A stretch of DNA of 64,000 nt. It comes from an uncultured Myxococcales bacterium (GTDB lineage Bacteria > Myxococcota_A > UBA9042). The notes below the pieces were generated by a model. It was not told where the DNA came from. It did not search any database and saw only the letters and a list, made by a program, of their open reading frames with translations. Location: positions 11,658 through 75,657 of the forward strand of contig CAJBNH010000158.1 of NCBI GenBank assembly GCA_903955385.1. Reading direction: 5' to 3'. Shown in pieces: positions 8,647-17,491 of this stretch (position 1 is its first letter; each line of letters begins with the position of its first letter). The translations under genes and the position numbers were made by a program.

Positions 8647-10083
8647 TCAGCGCGTGGGCAGCCGCGCTCTCGCATTGGTCGCCGCCTCGTCCTTCATGCG
8701 CTGCCGCTCGACGGGATCCGCCCAGCGCGCCTGCACTTCCGGCGCCAGCGTCTCGACCGGGTCAAAGAAATAGAACAGGCGCTCGGGGTCGACGTTGGGG
8801 CTGCGGAACAGCGCGATGCCGTTGTGGCGGTCGTAGTACTCGAAGCTGTGCGCGTCGCGCTTGCCACCGCCGCCCAGCGTGTCGACGACGAAGGTCGGGG
8901 TGTTGAAGCCGGCGGTCGAGCCGCGGACCTCCTTTTCGATGTCGATGGCCGTCTGCAGGGTGGTGCGCAGGTCCTCGACACCCTTGACCAGATCGTGGAC
9001 GTAAACGTAGTAGGGGTGCACGCCGATGTGGCCCAAGCGCTTGACCAGCAGCTTCATCGACTCGGTGGTGTCGTTCACGCCCCGCTGCAGCACCGACTGG
9101 TTGCGCACGAACACGCCCTTTTCCAGCAACTTGCCGATCGCCTCGCGCGTGATCCAGGTGATCTCGTTGGCGTGGTTGAAGTGCGTGTGCAGCACCACGT
9201 CCTTGCGACGGGCGCGGCCGAATTCCACCACGTCGACCAAGGCTTGCGTCCACTCGGTGTCGGTCAGCAGCTTCTGCGGCATCACCGCGGGGCCCTTGGT
9301 GGCGTAGCGCAGGCGCTTGACGTTGGGCAGGTCAAGCAACCGCTCGCCGATCAAGCGGATGTGCTTGGCGGGCAGGTTGTAGACGTCGCCACCCGACAGC
9401 ACGATGTCCTCGAGCTCGGGGCGGCTGGCGATGTAGGCGAAGATGCGCTCCCACCGCGCGGCATCGGCGTTGAGGTGCACCTTGTCGACCATCCCCGTGT
9501 CGAGTCCGACCGCGTAAGAGCGCGTGCAGAAACGGCAATAGACGGGGCAGGTATCCAGCGCCAGAAACAGCGCCTTGTCGGGATAGCGGTGGGTCAGTCC
9601 CGGCACCGGCGAGTCGTCCTGCTCGTGCAGGCTGTCGAGCGTCAGCTCCGGATGGTCGGGCAGCAGGCGTGACGCCAGCGGGATGAACTGCCGACGCAGC
9701 GGGTCCTCGTAGGGCCGCGTCCAGTCGATCAGGCTCATCAGATAGGGGGAAACCCGCACGCTCATGGGCGAATTGGCGAACCCGGCCTCAGCGTCGGCGA
9801 TGAACTCCGCGGGGGCAATGCCCTGAATGGCCTCGAGCAGCTTGTCGATGCGCGTGATCGAGTTGCGGCCCTGCCAGCGAAAGTCCAGGAACGTCGCCTC
9901 GTCCACGTCGCGCCAGGCCGGCAGCGTCTGCCAAAACGCGCCTTCGCGCAGATTGCCGTGCGCCATCGAGCTGGCGGCAGCGGTCGGCCTCACGCGGGCG
10001 GGAGCGGCGATGGAGAGCGTCGGGCCGGACACGTGTCCTCCGATCTGGGTCGCAGCTGCGACGGGTGCGTCGTTCGTGTTCAT
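8647..10083 (-). CDS. KamA-family radical SAM 2,3-aminomutase (lysine/glutamate 2,3-aminomutase-like)
   Basis: LHEQDDSPVPGLTHRYPD and CPVYCRFCTRS (CxxxCxxC) match the lysine 2,3-aminomutase core. A GGGGK motif is present. The C-terminal Zn-Cys cluster of clostridial KamA is absent. Start at the internal ATG 10083. Confidence 0.8.
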   Translation of the reverse strand: MNTNDAPVAAATQIGGHVSGPTLSIAAPARVRPTAAASSMAHGNLREGAFWQTLPAWRDVDEATFLDFRWQGRNSITRIDKLLEAIQGIAPAEFIADAEAGFANSPMSVRVSPYLMSLIDWTRPYEDPLRRQFIPLASRLLPDHPELTLDSLHEQDDSPVPGLTHRYPDKALFLALDTCPVYCRFCTRSYAVGLDTGMVDKVHLNADAARWERIFAYIASRPELEDIVLSGGDVYNLPAKHIRLIGERLLDLPNVKRLRYATKGPAVMPQKLLTDTEWTQALVDVVEFGRARRKDVVLHTHFNHANEITWITREAIGKLLEKGVFVRNQSVLQRGVNDTTESMKLLVKRLGHIGVHPYYVYVHDLVKGVEDLRTTLQTAIDIEKEVRGSTAGFNTPTFVVDTLGGGGKRDAHSFEYYDRHNGIALFRSPNVDPERLFYFFDPVETLAPEVQARWADPVERQRMKDEAATNARARLPTR

Positions 10084-10166
10084 GGAGAGAAGACCTCGCG
10101 AACCCTGGATTTGCTGCGGCCTGGGGGCGGGGGGAGGCATGGCCCGGGCCGGTCCGAGGGAGGTCG

Positions 10167-11414
10167 CTAGGGTACCACGCCGGGGCGGACACCGTCGAGC
10201 AGGCGAGCTCCCAGGTCGCACAGCTCGGCCAGCGTGTGCACGTCGCCCTCGCGCTCGGCGGCGACCGCACAGAAGCCGTGTGGCTCGGAAAGCCTTTGCA
10301 GTGCAACGATGTGCGCTTCGTCAGCCTGGCTTAGATGGTGCAAGCCAGCGGCGGCCTGGTCGAGGCGTCGGCTCATCGCGTCCGCGCTTGCTTCGTCCAT
10401 CCCCGATCGCTGCAGTCGGCCGCGCAGGTCGCCCAACGCAACCTCTCGCCCAGCGCCACCGCCGAAGCCGTCGGGAACCTGCAGCACGCGGTTGACGACA
10501 AATCCGGCGAACGGCAGTCCTTGGCTGCGCAGCTCGGCCTGCAAGTGCCTGGCCTCGCGCAGCGCGGTCGCTCCCGGGGTTGTGACCAGCAGAAATCGCG
10601 TGCCGGGCGAGCGCAGCATCCGGTCAGTCTCTCGGGCGCGCTCGGCCATCTTGGGCATGACATCGCGAAACGACACGAAGAACTGGGCGATGTCCGGCAG
10701 GGTCTCGCCGCCGACCAGCCGACCCATCACGGCCATCGCCATCGAACCGCCGGCCCCCAGCAGCGAGAACTTCTTCTTCTCACCCGGCTGCGGCACCCGC
10801 GAGAACCAGCGCAGGACCCGCTCGTTGATGAAGGCCGACAACGTGCCGCCCGCGTGCAGGAAGTCGACGGCGTTCTGCATCGGTGGCGTGTCCAGCACCA
10901 GCAGGTCGTAGCGGTCTTCAGCCAGCAGCGAGGCGATCAGCTCGAGGGCCACGTAGTCCGGCGACGACGACAGCATCGGCAACAGCGCGCGGTACACCCG
11001 ATTGCCCATCACCTGATCGCGCAGTGAGGGGTCGGGCAGCAGGCGCTCGACCATCAGCTCGGCCCCCGACTCGGCGTCCAGCATCATCGCGTGCAGCGTA
11101 CCGGCGGGAGGATCCTGACCGAGATCGGTCAGTTGGCGCGTCAGGCGCGGCAGGATCTCCAAGGGTGTGTTGGCCGGCACCGCCTCGCCCAGCAGTCCCA
11201 ACGCCTGCAGCAGCCGTTGCGCCGGGTCGATGGTCAGCACCAGCACCCGCCGTCCCATGCACGCCGCGGTCAGCGCCAGTGCCGCCGCCGTCGTGGTCTT
11301 GCCCACGCCACCGCTGCCCGCCAGCACCAGCAGCTTGGTCTGACGCAGCACGTCGGCCAGGGGACCTGGACTGCGCGTGGTTTCGCAAGTCGTGACAGGG
11401 CCTGGGAAGGTCAC
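10167..11414 (-). CDS. ArsA/Get3-family P-loop ATPase (second of tandem pair)
   Basis: LLVLAGSGGVGKTTTAAALA deviant Walker A, followed by LVLTIDPAQ. GTG 11414 overlaps the TGA of the upstream paralog (GTGA). Confidence 0.7.
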   Translation of the reverse strand: MTFPGPVTTCETTRSPGPLADVLRQTKLLVLAGSGGVGKTTTAAALALTAACMGRRVLVLTIDPAQRLLQALGLLGEAVPANTPLEILPRLTRQLTDLGQDPPAGTLHAMMLDAESGAELMVERLLPDPSLRDQVMGNRVYRALLPMLSSSPDYVALELIASLLAEDRYDLLVLDTPPMQNAVDFLHAGGTLSAFINERVLRWFSRVPQPGEKKKFSLLGAGGSMAMAVMGRLVGGETLPDIAQFFVSFRDVMPKMAERARETDRMLRSPGTRFLLVTTPGATALREARHLQAELRSQGLPFAGFVVNRVLQVPDGFGGGAGREVALGDLRGRLQRSGMDEASADAMSRRLDQAAAGLHHLSQADEAHIVALQRLSEPHGFCAVAAEREGDVHTLAELCDLGARLLDGVRPGVVP

Positions 11415-12481
11415 GCGGCGCCCCTGAGCGCGGGGGCCAGCCGTCGGGCCAGCAAGTCGATGGCGTCCAGCGGCAGCTCGCGGCGGAACAGGAAGGGCAG
11501 CTCGAGGACCGGGCGGCCGGTGCGCCGCAGCTCGGGCAGGAAACCTCGCGACTTCCGGTGCCGCTCGCCCAGCAAGCGCGCGGCCCAAAGCCAGCGGTCG
11601 TCCGTCGCCCCAGTCTCGCCAGTCTCCAGCGCGTGCGAAAGCGCGTCGAGTTCGGCAGGATCCAGCAATTCCGGGTACATACCATTCATCACGAACGCGG
11701 CGGCGCGCAAGCCGAAGCGGGACTGCAGGGTGTGGTGCAGCTCCAGCGTCTCGACGACAGGCATCTCCTCGGGTCGCGTCACCAGCATAAGCCCGGTGCG
11801 CTGGCCGTCCGAGAGCAGCTGCTGCATCCCCTCGGCATACGCGGCAACGGGTCCGAACGGCAGCATCTGCGTCAATGCCTTGGGGATCGCGCACATGCCG
11901 ACGACGAAGCCGCTGGTGGGCAGGTCGCACACGATCAGGTCCCAGGTGCGGTCGCCCGACTGACCCTGCTCCGCCTCAAGGCGCCACAGGCGATACAGGA
12001 ACAGAATCGAGCGGATGGCCGGCATCGCCTGAAAGAAGCCCTCGACCGCCTTGTTGCGCAGGGCCAGCTGGACGAGTGCGGGAATGCGGAGCTGTTGCAG
12101 GAAGAACGCGCGCAACGCCTCGTGGGCGTCGATGCGCGCGACCGACAGGTTCGGAGCGACCGAGACGGGCTGTGGACCCAAGGTCTCGAGACCGAACAGC
12201 GGCGCGGCACGAGAGACGGGCTCGACCTCCAGCAGCAAGACACGCTTGCCGGCGTCTGCAGCGGCCCTGGCCAGCGCGAGCGCGACGGTAGACTTGCCCA
12301 CGCCACCCTTGCCGGTAACGAGAAGGACTGAGCGATCCAGAAGCTGCGGAGCTTGCGATAGGTCGGCGGCCCGAGTCGGGTTCAGATGGTCATGGGGTGA
12401 AGGCATTGCCGCAACAGGATAGTCCGCACGCGTCGCCCTCACAACGTCGGCCTGGGTCGCGACGCGGCCTCGATCGGTCAT
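11411..12481 (-). CDS. ArsA/Get3-family P-loop ATPase (first of tandem pair)
   Basis: VLLVTGKGGVGKSTVALALA Walker A. ATG 12481 overlaps the TGA of the upstream membrane protein (ATGA). Confidence 0.7.
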   Translation of the reverse strand: MTDRGRVATQADVVRATRADYPVAAMPSPHDHLNPTRAADLSQAPQLLDRSVLLVTGKGGVGKSTVALALARAAADAGKRVLLLEVEPVSRAAPLFGLETLGPQPVSVAPNLSVARIDAHEALRAFFLQQLRIPALVQLALRNKAVEGFFQAMPAIRSILFLYRLWRLEAEQGQSGDRTWDLIVCDLPTSGFVVGMCAIPKALTQMLPFGPVAAYAEGMQQLLSDGQRTGLMLVTRPEEMPVVETLELHHTLQSRFGLRAAAFVMNGMYPELLDPAELDALSHALETGETGATDDRWLWAARLLGERHRKSRGFLPELRRTGRPVLELPFLFRRELPLDAIDLLARRLAPALRGAA

Positions 12482-13332
12482 CTTCCTTGCTGTGCAGGCA
12501 GTTGTGTTGTGTCGTCGCGGGCGGGCAGCCGGCAATGGCCGTGGTCGTGCAGCCGGCACACCAGCATCGTGGCGCTCACGACCAGAAACGGCACCGTCAG
12601 CGGCACCCAGACGAGCCACTGCGCCGCGAAACCGAAGCCCAGCCAGACCGCGGTCCGGCGCCGCAGTAACGCCAACTGGGCAGCAAGGGGCACGCGGTTG
12701 TTCTCTAGCGCGAATCCAGACATCGTCGCGCCCAGGGCCAGAGCCCCCCAGCCGCCCCCGACCGCGATCGTGAACAGGGCGCCCAGCGGCGCGAAGGCCA
12801 GCGTCAGCACCATACCGACCGCCCAGAGGGCCACGCCGCCGGTCACCTCGATCGCCAGCAGCGCGAGTCCGCGGCCGATGCCTCGCAGCGTCTCGACGGC
12901 AAATGCCCCCCACGTCTGCCCCGGCACCTGCGCGCCGTACCAGCGCTGCTCGACCCGCTCGGCAAGCCAGGCGAACGCGGGCGACAGCACCGGCAGGGCC
13001 ACGGTCGCTGCGAGCACCAACGACGCCAGCCACAGCGCCGCGTACAGCAGCACTCGGCCCACATGCCACAGCGCCACCGCCCACCACGACTCGGGGGCGG
13101 GACCCATCACGGCCGCGACCGCCACGCCGTCCCAAGTCGCGGCGAGCCACAGGAAGGCGACCCAGACCGCCAGGTAGAGCGCCATCGCCAGAGCGGCGAC
13201 CGACAGCAAGTCGCCGTGGCGCAAGGTGAAGCCAAAGCCGGCCCCCGCCGCGCGAAAGCCCGTCCAGGCCTGGTGCAGGGGTGTGCCGGCAAGTGGGTCG
13301 GGACTGCGGGGCGGCGGCGCGGACACAGGCAA
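12478..13332 (-). CDS. Integral membrane protein, EI24/CysZ-like
   Basis: 284 aa with about 6 TM helices rich in W/A/L, matching the overall pattern of the EI24/CysZ family. The family call is tentative. Confidence 0.4.
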   Translation of the reverse strand: MPVSAPPPRSPDPLAGTPLHQAWTGFRAAGAGFGFTLRHGDLLSVAALAMALYLAVWVAFLWLAATWDGVAVAAVMGPAPESWWAVALWHVGRVLLYAALWLASLVLAATVALPVLSPAFAWLAERVEQRWYGAQVPGQTWGAFAVETLRGIGRGLALLAIEVTGGVALWAVGMVLTLAFAPLGALFTIAVGGGWGALALGATMSGFALENNRVPLAAQLALLRRRTAVWLGFGFAAQWLVWVPLTVPFLVVSATMLVCRLHDHGHCRLPARDDTTQLPAQQGR

Positions 13333-13344
13333 CCTCTGGGTGGG

Positions 13345-14031
13345 TCAGGGTGCGAGAGGGAATTCGTGGTCACAAGTCGGGTCATCGCAGGCGCGGGTGA
13401 GCAGCATGCCCTGACGGGCGGACCCCAGCAGCGGCAGGTCCCACGAGCTGTCGCCCAGGGCAAGATCCGCAGGCGGCAGGCCGAGTTGAGTCCAAGCGTC
13501 GACCTTTCCCTGACCAATTGGCACCGGTTCCGCAAAGCGCGCCGGGTCCACGCCCAGACAGTTCACCGCGATCAGGCTGCAGCCCTCGAGCCCGAACAAT
13601 CGCGCGCCCACCTCGACGACCGGCCGCGGCGAGGCCGACACCAGCCACACCTGGACGCCGCGCTGCATCGCCTCGCGCAGCGCCCGCACCAGCCAGCGTC
13701 GGGGCCGCACCCGCTCGCGCAGCGCTGCCTCGACGGGACCCCGCGCGTCGTGGACGTCCACCCGCGCCATCAGCTCGGCCGCGAACCGGCAGCCGCTTGG
13801 ATAGTCCGTGTCCATCTGCCCCATGTACCACGCGAAGTCCGCCTGACCCGGCAGCCATGGCGTGTGGGGCGGCGTCGCGGCAAGCAGGACCACTTCGTCG
13901 CCCACGTCGCCGGCCCACACCGTGTTGTCGGCATCGGTGGCCACGCGCGACCCGCGGGGCAGGGCGGCAAGGGCCTGCACCACCTGGGACGGCGTGGGGT
14001 AACGGAGGATCGACACCTGGGTTTCGTCCAT
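13345..14031 (-). CDS. HAD-superfamily hydrolase (HAD-IB-like)
   Basis: VATDADNTVW matches the DxDxT/V HAD motif I. Lies 12 nt upstream of the membrane-protein gene and is the first gene of the minus-strand operon. Confidence 0.55.
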   Translation of the reverse strand: MDETQVSILRYPTPSQVVQALAALPRGSRVATDADNTVWAGDVGDEVVLLAATPPHTPWLPGQADFAWYMGQMDTDYPSGCRFAAELMARVDVHDARGPVEAALRERVRPRRWLVRALREAMQRGVQVWLVSASPRPVVEVGARLFGLEGCSLIAVNCLGVDPARFAEPVPIGQGKVDAWTQLGLPPADLALGDSSWDLPLLGSARQGMLLTRACDDPTCDHEFPLAP

Positions 14032-14238
14032 GGGGCCTCGGGCGGGGGGCCGGCGAGCGGCGAGGTCGAACGAGCATCGTGCCAGAGGTCCGTCGGGCTG
14101 TCAGCGCCCCGCGCGACCGGCAACTGTCGGGCGGCGGAATGATCGTGTAGGATGCGCTGTTCGCAGCACGTCCAAGTCCGTGCAGCAGGTTGCGTCCGGC
14201 GGTGGACGTCCCAAGCGACCCCCCGGGCAAGAGGTTTC

Positions 14239-15339
14239 ATGGCAGAAGGTCCGATGAGCGTTGGAGGTCAGGCGATCCTCGAGGGCGTCATGATGCGGTC
14301 GCCCCATTCCTTGGCGATCGCCGTACGGCGTGCCAGTGGCGAGATCGTGGTCAAGGAGGCGGCGTGGCACTCGATCTGGGAGAAGGCGCGCTGGCTGCGT
14401 AAGCCCTTCCTGCGCGGCGCCGTCGTGCTGTTCGAGTCGCTGCACAACGGCATCAGTGCGCTGACGTTCAGTGCCAACGAGGCCGCGCGCGAGCTTCCGG
14501 TCGAGGGTGCCGAAGGCAAGCCGGCGGACGCCAAGCCCCCGACCGACAGTGGCGCGTCCAACCTTGCGATTGCGGGCACCATTGCGCTGTCAGTCGCGTT
14601 CGGCTTCGGCATGTTCGCGGCGCTGCCGCACTTCATCACCTGGCTCGCAGGCGTCATGTTGGGCAGTGAGTCGCTTGCGTCCGGCAAGGACTTCGGCTTC
14701 CAGATCGTCGATGGCATCGTCAAGATCGTGTTTCTGGTCGGGTACATGGCGCTGATATCTCGGATGAAGGACATCAAGCGCGTCTTCCAGTACCACGGAG
14801 CCGAGCACAAGAGCATCTACTGCTACGAGGCCGGCCTGCCCTTGACCGTCGCCAATGCCCGCACCTTCTCGCGTCAGCACCCGCGTTGCGGCACCAGCTT
14901 TCTGCTGATCACGGTCGTGGTCTCCATCCTCTTGTTTTCCGTGGTGTTCCCGTTCCTGCCTCGGATCTCGTCGACCGGGTGGCTGAATCAGCTGGCCTAC
15001 GTCTTCATCAAGATCCCCCTGATGTTTCCGGTTGCAGGCATCGCCTACGAGGCTACCCGGCTGTCGGCCCGACATCCTCGCAACCTGTTCGTCCGCGGCT
15101 TTACGTGGCCGGGCCTGATGTTGCAGAACATCACCACCCAAGAGCCGGACGACACCCAGCTCGAGATTGCCCTTGTCGCCCTGCAGAAGACGCTATGGCG
15201 CGAGGCGCAGCTGCAGCAGAACGCTGCCGCCGGCTTGCCTGTGGGCGACGCCGAGCCCTTGGTCTTCCCGACCTACGATGCGTTCGTGTCCAGCATTGCC
15301 ACGTTGCCGCCGCCGCCGGTCGACACCTTGGCGGCCTGA
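14239..15339 (+). CDS. DUF1385-family protein (YqhQ-like)
   Basis: MAEGPMSVGGQAILEGVMMRSP... matches the characteristic DUF1385 N-terminus, followed by TM segments. RBS GAGGT 4 nt upstream. Immediately precedes prfA. Confidence 0.6.
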   Translation: MAEGPMSVGGQAILEGVMMRSPHSLAIAVRRASGEIVVKEAAWHSIWEKARWLRKPFLRGAVVLFESLHNGISALTFSANEAARELPVEGAEGKPADAKPPTDSGASNLAIAGTIALSVAFGFGMFAALPHFITWLAGVMLGSESLASGKDFGFQIVDGIVKIVFLVGYMALISRMKDIKRVFQYHGAEHKSIYCYEAGLPLTVANARTFSRQHPRCGTSFLLITVVVSILLFSVVFPFLPRISSTGWLNQLAYVFIKIPLMFPVAGIAYEATRLSARHPRNLFVRGFTWPGLMLQNITTQEPDDTQLEIALVALQKTLWREAQLQQNAAAGLPVGDAEPLVFPTYDAFVSSIATLPPPPVDTLAA

Positions 15340-15368
15340 CCCAACGACCGACCCCCTTTGAGGCCCCG

Positions 15369-16439
15369 ATGTACGAGCGTTTCGAGTCCGTGGTCGCACG
15401 GTTCGACGAGCTGAGCGAAGCCCTGGCCACCAGTGAAGTGGCCTGCAACCCCGAGCTGTCGTTGCGCTTGATGCGCGAGCGAGCGGGGCTGGACGAGACC
15501 GTGCAGGCCTATCGCGCCTGGAAATCGGTCAACGAGCAGATCGTCGAAACCGAAGCGATGTTCGACGACAGCGACCCCGAGATTCGGGCAATGGCGCGCG
15601 ACGAGCTGGCGCGGCTGCGGGCGGAGTCCGAGTCGTCCGAGGGCAAGCTGCGCGACCTGATGGTGCCTCGCGACCCACGCGACGGCGCCAACGTGGTGCT
15701 GGAAGTGCGCGCCGGTACCGGCGGCGAGGAAGCGGCGCTGTTTGCAGGCGATCTCCTGCGGATGTACACGCGATTTGCCGAGAAGCGCGGCTTCAAGGTC
15801 GAGCTGATGTCGGAGAGTGAGGCGGCGCAAGGTGGCTTGAAGGAAGCGGTTGTTCTGGTCAACGGCTATGGTGCCTGGTCGGTTTTCAAGCACGAGTCGG
15901 GGACTCATCGGGTGCAGCGTGTGCCGGTCACCGAGTCGCAAGGGCGCATCCACACGTCCGCGTGTACCGTCGCCGTGCTGCCCGAGGTCGAGGAGGTCGA
16001 GGTCGATATTCGGACCGAGGACCTTCGCATCGATACTTACCGCGCGGGTGGCGCAGGTGGCCAGCACGTCAACCGGACCGACTCGGCGGTGCGCATCACG
16101 CACTTGCCCACCGGCATCGTCGTGCAGTGTCAGGACGAGCGTTCGCAGCACAAGAACAAGGCCAAGGCCATGACCCAGCTGCGGGCCAAGATGTTCGATG
16201 CCCAGCAGCAGGCGGCCGACGCGGCGATGTCCAGCGCGCGGCGGGAACAGGTCGGCAGCGGCGACCGCAGTGAGCGCATCCGCACCTACAACTTCCCGCA
16301 GAACCGCCTGACCGACCACCGCGTCGGCTTGACGCTGCACTCGCTGGATCTGGTGATGGAAGGCGAGCTGGGAGCGGTGGTGGAGGCCCTGCAGGCTGCC
16401 GAGCGGGCGCGAAAGCTCGCCGAGACGCAGGAAGCCTAG
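15369..16439 (+). CDS. prfA: Peptide chain release factor 1
   Basis: GGQ motif (RAGGAGGQHVNRTDSAVRITHLPTGIVV) and PxT-type region, full length about 356 aa. Confidence 0.9.
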   Translation: MYERFESVVARFDELSEALATSEVACNPELSLRLMRERAGLDETVQAYRAWKSVNEQIVETEAMFDDSDPEIRAMARDELARLRAESESSEGKLRDLMVPRDPRDGANVVLEVRAGTGGEEAALFAGDLLRMYTRFAEKRGFKVELMSESEAAQGGLKEAVVLVNGYGAWSVFKHESGTHRVQRVPVTESQGRIHTSACTVAVLPEVEEVEVDIRTEDLRIDTYRAGGAGGQHVNRTDSAVRITHLPTGIVVQCQDERSQHKNKAKAMTQLRAKMFDAQQQAADAAMSSARREQVGSGDRSERIRTYNFPQNRLTDHRVGLTLHSLDLVMEGELGAVVEALQAAERARKLAETQEA

Positions 16440-16448
16440 TCGTCACAG

Positions 16449-17081
16449 CTACTTCCGTAATACCGCCACCAAAGTCACCAGCGCCGCCTCGGCATCTGCC
16501 TGAGCATCGAAGCACGCTGGGTCGCCCGCTCGCGTCTGCGTCGCCACCGCCTGCGCCGCCCGCAGCTTGCGCAGGTGTCCGGCCAGCTTGGCGGCCAGCT
16601 GTTCGGTCTTCAGGGAGGCCTCCAGCCGCTGTTCGATGGACAGCGGCGGCGGTCGGGGCGGGGGCGTCCACAGCGGCTTCAGGTCCCAGTCCAGCTTGAG
16701 GCTGTAGCCGGTCGCAGCGGTAGCGGCGGCACGCTCCGACAGCAGCCCCGTCGAGCCCAGGTAAGCCCCCGTACCCTCTTGCAGCTGCTCCCGAAGACCC
16801 AGTGACACGCGGTCGGGCAGCAGCGCCGTCCAGCGTCGGCCTGGCGCCGTCACCGTCACGGGGCGTGTCAGGGTGGCAAGGGCCGACTCCAGCAGGCCGT
16901 CCGGCAGGTCCCCGACCTCGCACGGGTGGCTGGCTGGCGGCTCTGTTCCTGAGGGTGTCCGCGGTTGCCCCCGGGCCTGCTGTACCAAGGCGCCCAGCAG
17001 CAGCGAGGCGGCGACCAGGGCCGCGGCGACCCAGGCCCCGGCGTCGAGAGAAGGGAAGCGGTGACGGTGGGCTGGCGGCAT
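16449..17081 (-). CDS. Hypothetical membrane-anchored protein, Pro-rich
   Basis: ATG 17081 with GGAGG RBS. N-terminal hydrophobic anchor (WVAAALVAASLLLGALV). No recognised domain. Confidence 0.35.
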   Translation of the reverse strand: MPPAHRHRFPSLDAGAWVAAALVAASLLLGALVQQARGQPRTPSGTEPPASHPCEVGDLPDGLLESALATLTRPVTVTAPGRRWTALLPDRVSLGLREQLQEGTGAYLGSTGLLSERAAATAATGYSLKLDWDLKPLWTPPPRPPPLSIEQRLEASLKTEQLAAKLAGHLRKLRAAQAVATQTRAGDPACFDAQADAEAALVTLVAVLRK

Positions 17082-17491
17082 GGCGGTCCTCCGGGCGCGG
17101 AATGGCGCCGGGACAGACGCAGAGCAAGAGGTGTGCCAGCCGTCACGCGACACAACCATTGAGAAGTAAATGTATTTATCGATTCGCCAGGCGGGCGGCC
17201 GGTCTCACCTGCGGTCTCGGGACCACTCTCGAGACCGGCACCGAGACGATGCCTCGCCAAGCGGAGTCGACCGATTCGCCACCCAGCGGTCGGCCAATTG
17301 TGCGGGATGCTGCTGGCGGCGTCGATTCCGTTCGCGCGTTTGACAAGCAAAGTCAGGTAGATGTGCGATTCGTCGAAGGGCGAACGGCGAAAATGGTGAC
17401 AGCGGTGCCGAACGTATGCAAGCTGGGAGAAGGCCGTCGCCTGCGTTGCGGCGTCGTGATGATGCGAATCCCGGCATCTGGACAACTCCGC

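Noticed and set aside
10167-13150. Long N-terminal extensions of both ArsA-like ORFs in the track (587 and 579 aa)
   Set aside because: The extensions are Arg/Gly-rich with no homology. Conserved P-loops start just after internal GTG or ATG codons that overlap the upstream stops.
16802-17491. Upstream part of the 1018-aa relA ORF
   Set aside because: Overlaps the convergent gene 16449-17081 and is Pro/Arg/Gly-rich junk. Homology begins near 17700.
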